Assembly (NCBI GenBank): GCA_046075565.1
Contig: JBJTQJ010000110.1
Location: 1 to 51,643 of the forward strand
DNA from: Verrucomicrobiales bacterium
GTDB taxonomy: Bacteria; Verrucomicrobiota; Verrucomicrobiia; Verrucomicrobiales; SLCJ01
Direction: 5' to 3'
Length of the DNA: 51,643 bases
Shown: piece by piece, positions 1-9,663 of the stretch
How positions within the stretch are numbered: the stretch's first letter is position 1
Layout of the letters: the number at the start of each line of letters is the position of its first letter
The notes under the pieces: model-generated
What the model was told of the DNA's origin: nothing
Database searches by the model: none
What the model saw: the letters and a program-made list of their open reading frames with translations, nothing else
Position numbers and translations under genes: made by a program

Positions 1-341
1 CCCGGTTTGAACAGCTGGGCGAGCACCATGATGCCGAGGGCAAGGCAAGCCGCAATGGCGGCGATGGCCGGCCATTTGTTAGAGTCTTTCTTCTGCCGCC
101 CGGCTTCCTCCGCTTGTTCGGCGCGGATGGCCTCCATGATGCGATTGGACAAGCCCGGCGAAGGTTCGGTCTCCGGCAGGGAGAGCAATTGGCCGCGGAT
201 AGACTCGAGTCCGGCGACTTCAGCCCGGAGCGCGGGGTCGTTGGCAAGTTGATCAGCAAAACGCTTCCGCTCAAGAGCCGGAAGTTCATCCGCGACGTAA
301 GCCATCGCGTCTTCGTGGATGGGTTGGTCATTCGTTTTCAT
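1..341 (-). CDS. Anti-sigma factor-like membrane protein (N-terminal part; runs off the window start)
   Basis: Not in ORF track. Manual translation from ATG 341: MKTNDQPIHEDAMAYVADELPALERKRFADQLANDPALRAEV...PETEPSPGLSNRIMEAI...WPAIAAIAACLALGIMVLAQLF. ASD-like helical domain then a TM helix; start overlaps the end of the upstream ECF sigma gene. Confidence 0.75.
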   Translation of the reverse strand, partial: MKTNDQPIHEDAMAYVADELPALERKRFADQLANDPALRAEVAGLESIRGQLLSLPETEPSPGLSNRIMEAIRAEQAEEAGRQKKDSNKWPAIAAIAACLALGIMVLAQLFKP

Positions 342-918
342 GGAGTGTCTTGCGCAGGGCGCTCATGGCGAGGTTCATGCGGGATTTGACGGTGCCTTCG
401 GGAATACCAAGCACTTCGGCGATTTCGTGGTAGCGGAGGCCTCGATAGATGTGGAGCACGACGACATCGCGGAGTTTCGGGGAAAGAGCGGCCAGTGCGG
501 TGGCGGCATCCATGGCGGCGCCGGAAGGCGCGGAGCTGGAGGGGGACGAACGTTCCCTTTCCTCCTCGCGCAGGGCATTGAAGAGCCGGTGCTTGCGGGC
601 CTGCGCACGCGTCTCTTCGATCCAGACGTTGCGGGCGAGGTGGTAGAGGAACGTGACGAAGCGTGCGACCGGCTGGTAGCGGTCGCGGTAGCGGTAGAGA
701 CGCACGAAAGTTTTCTGGACGAGATCCTCACTCTCATCTGAAGCGCCCGAACGCAGGAAAAAGTTCAGTAGCGGTCGCTGATGGCGTTCGACCAGTTGCG
801 CGAAGGCCTGATCATCGCCCCGCGCGGCCCTGAGCATGAGCAGCGCGTCCTCGTCCGGCCCGGACTGCTCCGGGCGGTCGGCTGGATTCAAGGCTTCGGG
901 CTCGGGCGGATTCTCCAT
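328..918 (-). CDS. ECF (sigma-70 group 4) RNA polymerase sigma factor
   Basis: Region 2 (GDDQAFAQLVERHQ, EDLVQKTFVRLY) and region 4 (LSPKLRDVVVL...YHEIAEVLGIPEGTVKSR) motifs. Confidence 0.93.
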   Translation of the reverse strand: MENPPEPEALNPADRPEQSGPDEDALLMLRAARGDDQAFAQLVERHQRPLLNFFLRSGASDESEDLVQKTFVRLYRYRDRYQPVARFVTFLYHLARNVWIEETRAQARKHRLFNALREEERERSSPSSSAPSGAAMDAATALAALSPKLRDVVVLHIYRGLRYHEIAEVLGIPEGTVKSRMNLAMSALRKTLHENE

Positions 919-966
919 CGGGGCGATTCTATCGCGCCGCGGATGGGCGGTGCGGTTGCGGCACCG

Positions 967-2622
967 TTACGGCAGCGGGAACTTCCGGTTCAGCGCCGCG
1001 ACTTCGGCCTTGATGGCCGTGAGGGCGGCGGCATCATCCTTGGCCGCGAGGGCGGCGTCGATCCAACCGGCGATGGTTTCCATTTCGGCTTCGTTCATGC
1101 CACGGGAGGTGACTGCCGGGGTGCCTAGGCGGATGCCGCTGGGTTTGAGCGGTGAGCCGGTGTCGAATGGGATGGTGTTCTTGTTCACCGTGATACCGGC
1201 TTCATCAAGGATATGCTGAGCGTCGGAACCATTGAGATTCTTCGGGCGCAAATCAACGAGCATGACGTGGTTGTCGGTGCCACCGGAGACAATACGGAAT
1301 CCGCGCGCGGCCATGGCGGCAGCGAGGGCTTTGGCGTTGGCCACGATACGGGATTGGTATTTACGGAATCCGGGTTGCAGGGCCTCGCCGAAGCAGACGG
1401 CTTTCGCCGCGATTACGTGCATGAGCGGTCCGCCTTGCACACCGGGAAAAACTTTTCCGTCGATCGATTTGGCGTATTTCTCCTTGCAGAGGATGATGCC
1501 ACCACGCGGTCCGCGAAGGGACTTGTGGGTGGTGGAGGTGACAAAATCGGCATGGGGCACCGGATTCGGATGCACACCACCGGCGACAAGCCCGGCGATG
1601 TGGGCCATGTCCACGAATAGATACGCTCCGACATCCTTCGCGATGGCGGCCATACGTTCCCAGTCGATGATCCGGGGATAAGCCGAAGCTCCCGCGGTGA
1701 TCATGGCGGGTTTACACTCGGCGGCGAGGCGGGCGAGGTTGTCGTAGTCGATGGTTTCGGTTTCCGGCGAGACACCGTAGTGCGTGACCTCGTAAAGTTG
1801 GCCGGAGAAATTCGCCTTGTGTCCGTGGGTGAGGTGGCCGCCATGGGAGAGATCCATGGTCAGGATGCGGTCGCCGGGTTTGAGCACGGAGAAATAGACC
1901 GCCGTGTTGGCCTGGGAGCCGGAGTGTGGTTGCACGTTGGCGTGGTCGGCCCCGAAGATTTCCTTGAGCCGATCAATGGCGAGTTGTTCGACCTTGTCGA
2001 CGTTCTCGCAGCCACCATACCAGCGGCGGCCGGGATAACCTTCGGCGTATTTGTTAGTCAACACCGAGCCCTGGGCTTCGCGCACGGCAAGAGAGGCGAA
2101 GTTTTCCGAGGCGATCAATTCGATGTTGCTCTGCTGGCGCGTTTCTTCATCAGCGATGAATCCGGCGATGGTGGAATCCGTGTAGCCGAGGATACCGGCG
2201 GCGGATTTGTCCACGCGGTGTTGGTGGCGTCCGCCTTCTTCGGCGGTATTGAGAAAGGCATCAAGGATGGCACCGACGGCTCCTTCGGCGGTGGCTTTGC
2301 CTCCGAGGCAAAGCACATTGGCGTGGTTGTGGGAACGAGTGGCGGCGGCATCTTCCGCAGTGCGCACGACCGCAGCACGGATGCCGTGGATTTTATTGGC
2401 CGCGATGCTCATGCCAATGCCGGTCGTGCAGATAAGGACTCCGAACCCGGCACGACCAAGACGCACATCCTGGCAAACGGGCCCGACAAAATCAGCGTAG
2501 TCACATGAGTCGGTGCTGTTGGTGCCATGGTCGATGACTTCATGGCCGAGTCCGGCCAGATGACGGGCAACAGTTTGTTTCAATTGGTATCCGCCGTGGT
2601 CGGCTCCGAGGGCAATTTTCAT
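967..2622 (-). CDS. glyA: Fusion of ribose-5-phosphate isomerase B (RpiB) and serine hydroxymethyltransferase (GlyA)
   Basis: N-terminal RpiB motifs ([29 protein letters not shown]); C-terminal SHMT motifs ([44 protein letters not shown]). Confidence 0.95.
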   Translation of the reverse strand: MKIALGADHGGYQLKQTVARHLAGLGHEVIDHGTNSTDSCDYADFVGPVCQDVRLGRAGFGVLICTTGIGMSIAANKIHGIRAAVVRTAEDAAATRSHNHANVLCLGGKATAEGAVGAILDAFLNTAEEGGRHQHRVDKSAAGILGYTDSTIAGFIADEETRQQSNIELIASENFASLAVREAQGSVLTNKYAEGYPGRRWYGGCENVDKVEQLAIDRLKEIFGADHANVQPHSGSQANTAVYFSVLKPGDRILTMDLSHGGHLTHGHKANFSGQLYEVTHYGVSPETETIDYDNLARLAAECKPAMITAGASAYPRIIDWERMAAIAKDVGAYLFVDMAHIAGLVAGGVHPNPVPHADFVTSTTHKSLRGPRGGIILCKEKYAKSIDGKVFPGVQGGPLMHVIAAKAVCFGEALQPGFRKYQSRIVANAKALAAAMAARGFRIVSGGTDNHVMLVDLRPKNLNGSDAQHILDEAGITVNKNTIPFDTGSPLKPSGIRLGTPAVTSRGMNEAEMETIAGWIDAALAAKDDAAALTAIKAEVAALNRKFPLP

Positions 2623-2731
2623 TTCGTGGGTAGGGAAAGATTGGTTGAAAGCCGAACTGTCGCCAGATCAGGCGTCGGCGCAAGCGGTGGCCAGCAGGAA
2701 GCGGGGAAATTTTCCACTCCGCCCGCGGGTC

Positions 2732-3220
2732 TCAACGCTCCCCGGAGGCCTCCGCCTCCTCGATATCGCTGGAATGGCGCAGGAAGTCCATCAGGCTGGG
2801 AATCGCCGAAACAATAGCGTCGCGGGTTTCGATGTAGGCCGAACGCCCGCCACCAATGGGATCCGGGATTTCTTTCATGGCCGGATCGTTGCTGAATTCG
2901 CCCACCAAGAACACCCTCTCGGCCGCCTCGGGAAAGAGCTCGAGGATGATTTCCTTGTGCAGCGGGGTCATTGCCAGAATCAGCATCGCCTCCCGCACGA
3001 GGTCGCTCGTGATCGGGTGCGAACGATGGCCATCGAGTTCAATGCCGCTCTCGCGCAGAATTCCCAGTGTTTCCTTGCTCGCCGGGGCACCGAAAGTGGC
3101 CGCCACCCCGGCGGACCTGACCCGGAACGCGCTCCCGGTCCCGAGCGCATGTCGCAACAGGCCTTCCGCCATGGGGCTGCGGCAGGTGTTCCCGGTGCAT
3201 ACGAAAAGGACGGTCTTCAC
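2732..3220 (-). CDS. Low-molecular-weight protein phosphatase, YwlE-like (probable arginine phosphatase)
   Basis: P-loop VCTGNTCRSPMAE and IPDP motif; upstream of rpiB-glyA. Confidence 0.88.
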   Translation of the reverse strand: MKTVLFVCTGNTCRSPMAEGLLRHALGTGSAFRVRSAGVAATFGAPASKETLGILRESGIELDGHRSHPITSDLVREAMLILAMTPLHKEIILELFPEAAERVFLVGEFSNDPAMKEIPDPIGGGRSAYIETRDAIVSAIPSLMDFLRHSSDIEEAEASGER

Positions 3221-3370
3221 GGAGCTGGGGGGGGGCAGAGGTGAATTTGTCCTCTAGCAAAGGGGGAAGATGGCGGCTGGTCAAGCCGGGAAACAGCAAA
3301 AGTCGAGAAAATGGCCTATCCAAGGGCGGAAAATTCTCGGCAAGAAAGGAAATTGTCTGGTCAGCCACGC

Positions 3371-6300
3371 ATGGACGTAGTAAATACGAAGAAGGTTTTC
3401 GCCCTCCGCATGGCCTTGAAAAATATAAAGAATCCGACCACACGAGCTCGGGGATTCGCGCTAGTGGCCGTCATGGCTTTGGCAGCGGCGTTGATTTTGC
3501 TCGTGATGGGATTGCTTACCCTCGCGACTTCGGAGCTTCGGCGGAAAAATACCGATCAAGCGCGGGAAGTGGCCCGCACCAATGCGAGGCTGGCCGTCGA
3601 TCTGGCAGTGGCGGACTTGCAGCGATATCTGGGACCGGACCAGGGGATTTCCGCGCCCGCTTCCATTCTCGCCAAAAACGGGGAAACTCCACCCCAACAG
3701 AGCCGATGGACCGGCGCGTGGAGCAGCCGTTGGACCGATGGCTCGGCGACTTGGGAACGCGACGACACGGACGGCGGCCTGCTCGACAAACGATCCGCAG
3801 CCTCCGCCCCCGATCGGGAAAAACGCGTGCGGGCATGGCTGGTCAGCGGTGGCACCGGCGTGAATCCGAGATCCGAACCCGGGCCCACCGCGGTCACGGT
3901 CGTCGGACCGGGAACGGTCGGTCCTTCGGCGGTTGACCAAGTGAAGGTGCCAACCATGAATGTGCGCGGCTCCGGACGAAACGGCGGTCGCTTGGCTTGG
4001 TGGGTCGGTGATGAAGGCGTAAAAGCGAATGTCGGTGTGCCCGATGCCCACGCCGGGAAAACCCCGGTGCCCGCCCAGGCCGCGAACAATGGCTACTCCG
4101 GACTGCTCGCCTCCCAAACCATTGATGAATCCATCTTCACCGGCAAAACCACAAGGCTTCCCGAGAATGAACGACGCAAACTCCTCACCAATCCGAGTTT
4201 CGCGCTCGCATCCTCCGGAGCAAGAGCGGGCTTCCATGATGTCTCGGTAGTCTCGAAAGGTGTCTTGGCCAACCCGCGCGAAGGTAGGCTGAAACGCGAT
4301 CTCACGCGCTGGCTGGAAGCAGGCACCGATATCGCCTCCCTTGGCCCGAATGCCCCCGGTTTGTCGGTGCGCGACCCGATCATCGGCCACCAATCTGCTC
4401 CCCAGCACGGCCAGGCCCGCGCGGCGACCGGTGGCCCGCGCTTCGGGGTGCTCGAATCATGGGCCAATGGCGCCGCTTCTTTTAACGGACGCAACGTGGC
4501 GTCAAGGCCGCCGCCCATAACAAAGGTTGCCGAATCCTCCGTGCCGAAAGAGGCCGCGCTTTCGAATTTCCAACCTGTTGCGATCAAGGCGACCGACAAG
4601 GATGGCTTGCTGCCGATCCTCGTGGAGGGATCGCATTTTTTCACCATGAGCTGGCACAAGACATCCCCGCCACCCGGAATGACGGCATCCCAACCGTTTC
4701 AGGTCCGGCTGCATGTTTACCCGCGTGTCGTGTTATGGAATCCATACAATGTGGAATTGACTCTTGAGCCGACGATGGTCATGATTCAAGGCAACGGACG
4801 CCAGGAAATGTGGACGGATGGCCTTTGGCCAATGGGAAGTTTCATGTGGACGGTGCGATCCCAGTGGATCTGGTTCGAGGGTGGGCGCAGCTCGAATTTC
4901 GCCCCGGCCGGTGGATCGATTCTCAACAGCGAGGGCTACACCGATCCCCACATGGGCGCGTTCATCTTTACGGTGCCCCGCACGACTTTTGCTCCCGGGG
5001 AATGTCTTGTCTTCAGCGCGGACAAAGCAGCGGAGTATGAGCGCCCGCTCGGTGGATCAGATTCCGGATACGGGCTGGAAAACAACACGCTGAGTTCGGA
5101 AAAGGCCCCGGATCCGTCGCTTAACTACTACCTCTCAAATAGCGAGGTCAGCGGCGGCATTCCGTTTATGCCCACGCGCTTCTGGTTCGCCCCAACCACC
5201 TACTGGCAAGCAAACGGCATCGTCAATCAAGGCGACGACTGTCGGGTGGTGTGGAAACTTTTGGGCAATCGCACGGGCATCACCTTCGAGGAGTTCGATC
5301 GTCTGCCACAACTCGGCATTATTTCCGCGAGCCTGCAATACGGAGCGGGCCGGGAGCCCAGGGTGGCGTGGGATCGTTTGAACAAAGTCCCCATCGAGGA
5401 AACCGCCGCCAGAGCTCCGGTGCGCGCCACCATCGCTCCCGACGTGCGCACCCGCGAAGGCGTTCGCCTGCGTTGGCATCGCGAGCACCTTTCCAACGAA
5501 CTGGCTTCCGGTCCTCTCGCCCGAACGGCGCATTTCCAAGAGGCCGCCCTCGCAAACTGGAACCCGCGCGCGTCTTTCGCCTTCCGCTCGCCATGGGACA
5601 ACATCGCGGGCAATTTGCCCCGTGCGGGAACCACCGGCGGCCCGTGGTTCTTTGGTGTTTATACACGCGACTTATATGATCAAGATGTCTCATGGTATGC
5701 GCAGATGCCTATCAGCAAAGGTGGACGCCAGCTTGGCAATCCGTTCGGCCCGCCACAAGAGGGCACGGGCCGCTACATCGTGTTCGATGTGCCGCGCAAG
5801 GAGACGGGACTGCTTTCCATCGGGCAAATGATGCACGCGCGGACCAGTGAGTATGTCTGGCATCCGAGTTTCGCCATCGGGCAATCGCTGGCCGACCCGA
5901 GATTGGGCAACTCCCTCGATCGCACGGCCCCGAAGCCGTTGGATTTCGCGGACGCGCAAAATGGCGGATTCTCCTCCGACGCGATCGGTTGGTCGAGTGA
6001 TGCCCAGCGCGGTGGCTCGCGTCAAAGCTGGGCGGATCAAGCCAAACTCATTTTCCAAGGACTGCCCGACTCGGCGAATCTCGTTCACGATCTCAGCTAC
6101 GAGCTGAACCACAGTCTCTGGGACGACTTCTTCCTCTCCACCGGCAACCGCCGGAGCTTCGCCTCTTGGCTCGGCGACCCCGCGGCTTTCCCATTGCCGA
6201 ATGGCCGCTTCCGCCACAGCCCATGGACACCCGCGGCTTCACCCGAAAAGCTCGCCGACTTCCATCGCGCGGCATATCATCTGATGATCGATGGCGCGTT

Positions 6301-7045
6301 CAACGTCAACTCCACCAGTGTCGAAGCATGGAAGGCTTTGCTCGGCAGCACCCGCCATCTCGGTTTCGGCCCCAAAGGCGCGGCCATCTTCCCGCGGTTC
6401 CTCGCACCCGCCGGATCGGCCTTTGATGGTTCGGAGAATCCCGACGACGACACCATCTGGTCCGGTTATCGCGCGCTCACCGAAGCGGAGGTGGATCGAC
6501 TTGCCCGCGAGATCGTGAAACAGGTCAAACTACGCGGCCCATTCCTCTCGCTCGCCGATTTCGTCAACCGCCGACTTGCCAATGACTCTACCGGGAAATC
6601 CGGTCCACTGCAGGCCGCCATCGATGCCGCCGAACTCAACAAATCCATCGAAACTACTTATCCGCTCGACAACTCGCGCGCCCTTCCCGATTACACACAT
6701 CCTGATAACATCAAGGATGCCACCCGCCTCGAACAAACCCTCAAACCCGCCACCACCGTCTGGGGTGCACCCGTCCATCTCACGCAGGGCGATGTCCTCC
6801 AGACTCTCGGACCGGTTTTGGCGGCTCGCTCGGATACTTTCACCATCCGCGGCTACGGCGACACCACTGACCCGAACGGGCGCATCCTCTCCCGCGCCTG
6901 GTGCGAGGCCGTTGTGCAACGGATCCCGGAACCCATCGAACCCGACTCCACCGGCCTGAACTCCGCCCGCAATGGCAAACCCGGCGACCCCGGCCGACGG
7001 TTCGTCGTCGTCTCGTTCCGTTGGTTGGATGCGGAAGAAGTTTGA
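3371..7045 (+). CDS. Large PilX-like / Verru_Chthon cassette protein A-type pilin-associated protein
   Basis: Prepilin-like N-terminus (RARG-FALVAVMALAAALILLVMGLL) and motifs I recognise from this verrucomicrobial family: AWWVGDEGVKA, GAFNVNSTSVEAWKALL, RGPFLSLADFVNRRL, RSDTFTIRGYG, GRRFVVVSFRWL. Start codon uncertain (ORF opens at 3311; later ATGs are possible). Confidence 0.75.
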   Translation: MDVVNTKKVFALRMALKNIKNPTTRARGFALVAVMALAAALILLVMGLLTLATSELRRKNTDQAREVARTNARLAVDLAVADLQRYLGPDQGISAPASILAKNGETPPQQSRWTGAWSSRWTDGSATWERDDTDGGLLDKRSAASAPDREKRVRAWLVSGGTGVNPRSEPGPTAVTVVGPGTVGPSAVDQVKVPTMNVRGSGRNGGRLAWWVGDEGVKANVGVPDAHAGKTPVPAQAANNGYSGLLASQTIDESIFTGKTTRLPENERRKLLTNPSFALASSGARAGFHDVSVVSKGVLANPREGRLKRDLTRWLEAGTDIASLGPNAPGLSVRDPIIGHQSAPQHGQARAATGGPRFGVLESWANGAASFNGRNVASRPPPITKVAESSVPKEAALSNFQPVAIKATDKDGLLPILVEGSHFFTMSWHKTSPPPGMTASQPFQVRLHVYPRVVLWNPYNVELTLEPTMVMIQGNGRQEMWTDGLWPMGSFMWTVRSQWIWFEGGRSSNFAPAGGSILNSEGYTDPHMGAFIFTVPRTTFAPGECLVFSADKAAEYERPLGGSDSGYGLENNTLSSEKAPDPSLNYYLSNSEVSGGIPFMPTRFWFAPTTYWQANGIVNQGDDCRVVWKLLGNRTGITFEEFDRLPQLGIISASLQYGAGREPRVAWDRLNKVPIEETAARAPVRATIAPDVRTREGVRLRWHREHLSNELASGPLARTAHFQEAALANWNPRASFAFRSPWDNIAGNLPRAGTTGGPWFFGVYTRDLYDQDVSWYAQMPISKGGRQLGNPFGPPQEGTGRYIVFDVPRKETGLLSIGQMMHARTSEYVWHPSFAIGQSLADPRLGNSLDRTAPKPLDFADAQNGGFSSDAIGWSSDAQRGGSRQSWADQAKLIFQGLPDSANLVHDLSYELNHSLWDDFFLSTGNRRSFASWLGDPAAFPLPNGRFRHSPWTPAASPEKLADFHRAAYHLMIDGAFNVNSTSVEAWKALLGSTRHLGFGPKGAAIFPRFLAPAGSAFDGSENPDDDTIWSGYRALTEAEVDRLAREIVKQVKLRGPFLSLADFVNRRLANDSTGKSGPLQAAIDAAELNKSIETTYPLDNSRALPDYTHPDNIKDATRLEQTLKPATTVWGAPVHLTQGDVLQTLGPVLAARSDTFTIRGYGDTTDPNGRILSRAWCEAVVQRIPEPIEPDSTGLNSARNGKPGDPGRRFVVVSFRWLDAEEV

Positions 7046-7100
7046 AAAGTCGTTGCCATCCGGGGAAAAGTGTGGGAAATCCGCGTTGCACCCGCCGACC

Positions 7101-7901
7101 GTGAAACGTTCGCTCCGATTCCTCCAGCTTTTCCTCCTTCTCGCCATCGGCGCGGGGCCATTGCGCGCGCAGGCGGATGCGCCCAAGGAGGAGAAAAAGG
7201 AAAAGCCACCGACACGCTTGCGCCTGCTTCCCATCGGTGATGCCCCTCCACATCGCGAGGAAGTCGTGAATGGGATTCGCGTGCATTTGCCCCCGCCGCC
7301 CGGCAGCATCCCGCCTCGAACTCTCGCCGCTTGGATCAACCCGGAAACCAAGGTCCAGTGGAGCCCGCAACTCGGCCTGCTCGGCCAAGCCGTGGAGTTG
7401 CCGCGCGAGTTGCAAAAAATTCCGCTGCTTGATGGCCAGGCGCCGGCCAATGCGCCACCGTGGCTCACGGTCAATCTCAAGGCGAGTGGTGAATACCTCG
7501 CGGTGCTGACCCGCGGCGGCAAGGAACCGAGCTGGAGTTCTCCCGCTGTCGTCTTATTGCCCGACGATGCGGTCGCTTTCCCGGCCGGGCGTGTTTTCCT
7601 TTTGAATCTGGCACCAGTGGAAATTCCGCTCCAATTGGGGAACGAAAAATTTTCCCTCTCGCCACGAAGCCCGGTTTTCCGGAATCCGGGAGCGGTCAGC
7701 GGCCTGCCATTGAAGGCGACGAGGCCCGGCTCCAACCAGCGACAGGTCTTTTTCCATCAGGGGGAACTGCTGCTGAACCCCGGTGAACGCGCGATGGTGA
7801 TTGTATATGCCGCCGATGGAATCCAGGCGCGCCAACCGTTCAAACTTCTCGTGATGAAAGAGCGGGCGCCGGTGGCCGCTCCACCGGCGGCGGTTCCCTG
7901 A
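7101..7901 (+). CDS. Secreted hypothetical protein, downstream of the PilX-like gene
   Basis: GTG 7101 gives a signal peptide (MKRSLRFLQLFLLLAIGAGPLRA-Q) followed by a beta-strand-rich body; ORF opens at 6972. Confidence 0.65.
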   Translation: MKRSLRFLQLFLLLAIGAGPLRAQADAPKEEKKEKPPTRLRLLPIGDAPPHREEVVNGIRVHLPPPPGSIPPRTLAAWINPETKVQWSPQLGLLGQAVELPRELQKIPLLDGQAPANAPPWLTVNLKASGEYLAVLTRGGKEPSWSSPAVVLLPDDAVAFPAGRVFLLNLAPVEIPLQLGNEKFSLSPRSPVFRNPGAVSGLPLKATRPGSNQRQVFFHQGELLLNPGERAMVIVYAADGIQARQPFKLLVMKERAPVAAPPAAVP

Positions 7902-7912
7902 TCCAATTCTCC

Positions 7913-9451
7913 ATGATCCACCGGAATCGCCGTCCGCTCCGCGCCCGCCGTTTGCGACATTGGGTTTCCACCACCGGGATTGCCCTCGCCGTGGCGCTCA
8001 CCTTCTACGCTTTCCAGCCGGAAGATGAGGAGACCGTCGGAGAGGAAGAAGAAATGACCGAGTCGTATGAAGAATCCGTGGCCATGCTTCATCTCGATCG
8101 TTCCTTCCGTGTCGATGCCGGATTGGAACCGAGCTTGGCAGGCGACACACTCTGGGCGCGCTACCTGCGCTGGTCATGGAGACATGGATTCTCCAACACC
8201 TCGGTGGAGGAAAGCACGGTGCTACTTATCCATGAGTTGGAAGAGCGGGTCGAACTTTCCCCGCGCGGCTTGGCCGGTTGTGCGGTGGCCGCCTCGATGA
8301 TTGGCGAGGAGGTCATGGCACGCGAATTCTCGCTTCAGCTATCCGCTGATGAATCCGAGGATGCAGAGGCCTACGAGGATTGGATCAGTTCATGGCTCGA
8401 TGGGGAAAAAGCCGACGAGAACTCGCGGGCGGCGTTGCATGATTGGGCCCGCTCCTTGCTCGAATACGAAATGAACCCCCATTGGTGGGAATCGCGGGTC
8501 GTGCTGGATCTCGCAGGGCCGGATGATAACTCCGAAGAAATCCGCCAACTCCGCGAAAGGGAATCCTCCCTCATTCACGAATGGGCATGGCGGCACGCTT
8601 GGTCGCAGGCGATTTCCCTTCTCGTTTTGGTCGCGTGTTTGCTCGGGCTGATCCTTTTCGCGCGATACAAACCAACGCTGCGGCGTCTGCCCGGCCTATC
8701 CCCGGTGGTCCGGAGATGGGGTGTATGGCAAATGTTAGGCTGGTTCGGTTGGCTGACCGCCGCAGGTTATGGCTTCAGTGGCCTTCTCGATGGCCTGACG
8801 ATTGGCTGGGGTGCCCATGAAGGTGCACAAATCGTCTGGTGGGAAATCCTCTTCCTGATCCGCGACCCAGACTGGCAACTCGTGTTCTGGCAAGTCTTCC
8901 AGCTCGCGGGTGGCCTGTGGATTTGGAGATTGGCTGGTTCCCCGGGTTTGCGTCTGCTTGGTCTGCTGCCCATGGGTGAGGCGCGGCCATCACGCTGGAT
9001 CGTGCCGGTATTGGCGTTTTACGGACTGACCGCCATCTACTTTCTGTCCATGGGTTATTTGCGGGGTGATCAGGGTATCCTCGACTCCTGTATCGATACC
9101 ACGGAGCCAGCCCAACTCGGAGCCATACGCTGGCCATGGAGGGCCATCTTTTTCAGCACGCTCACCGGAGTGGTGCTCGCTCCCGTGATGGAGGAAATTA
9201 TCCATCGCGGGGTAATCTTCCAAGGCCTGCGCGCCCGAATGGGCCGGTGGCCGGCGATCCTCCTCTCCTCCGCGGTTTTCGCCATCCTCCACTTCTATTC
9301 ATGGTGGGGAATCCTCGATGTCTTCGTGGCGGGTGTCTTTTTCGCCTGGATTTATGACCGCACCCGCTCGCTCTGGCCGGGGATCTTCCTGCATGCCATC
9401 GGCAACGGAATGATCACCATCGACCAGTGGCTGCTCTGGGGGCCACTCTAA
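7913..9451 (+). CDS. CPBP (Abi/CAAX) family intramembrane glutamic protease with long N-terminal extension
   Basis: EEIIHRG, FAILH and HAIGN motifs in a multi-TM C-terminal half. Confidence 0.85.
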   Translation: MIHRNRRPLRARRLRHWVSTTGIALAVALTFYAFQPEDEETVGEEEEMTESYEESVAMLHLDRSFRVDAGLEPSLAGDTLWARYLRWSWRHGFSNTSVEESTVLLIHELEERVELSPRGLAGCAVAASMIGEEVMAREFSLQLSADESEDAEAYEDWISSWLDGEKADENSRAALHDWARSLLEYEMNPHWWESRVVLDLAGPDDNSEEIRQLRERESSLIHEWAWRHAWSQAISLLVLVACLLGLILFARYKPTLRRLPGLSPVVRRWGVWQMLGWFGWLTAAGYGFSGLLDGLTIGWGAHEGAQIVWWEILFLIRDPDWQLVFWQVFQLAGGLWIWRLAGSPGLRLLGLLPMGEARPSRWIVPVLAFYGLTAIYFLSMGYLRGDQGILDSCIDTTEPAQLGAIRWPWRAIFFSTLTGVVLAPVMEEIIHRGVIFQGLRARMGRWPAILLSSAVFAILHFYSWWGILDVFVAGVFFAWIYDRTRSLWPGIFLHAIGNGMITIDQWLLWGPL

Positions 9452-9663
9452 AATCCGAGGTCCCGGAGTCTCTCCGCACTCCCCCGGGCAGCGTGCTAGA
9501 CGCAGGCACCTCCGGATGCAGGGCTAAAACACTCTTGGAAATGGCGGATTCTGGTCCGGTTTCCCCCGCTTTGACGCGGCGAATCGGCCCAATCGCTGGC
9601 CCCGGGACCGATTTCCCCCAAGATTTCTTGAATTTTCCCCATGAAGCCGGACAGTAACGACCC

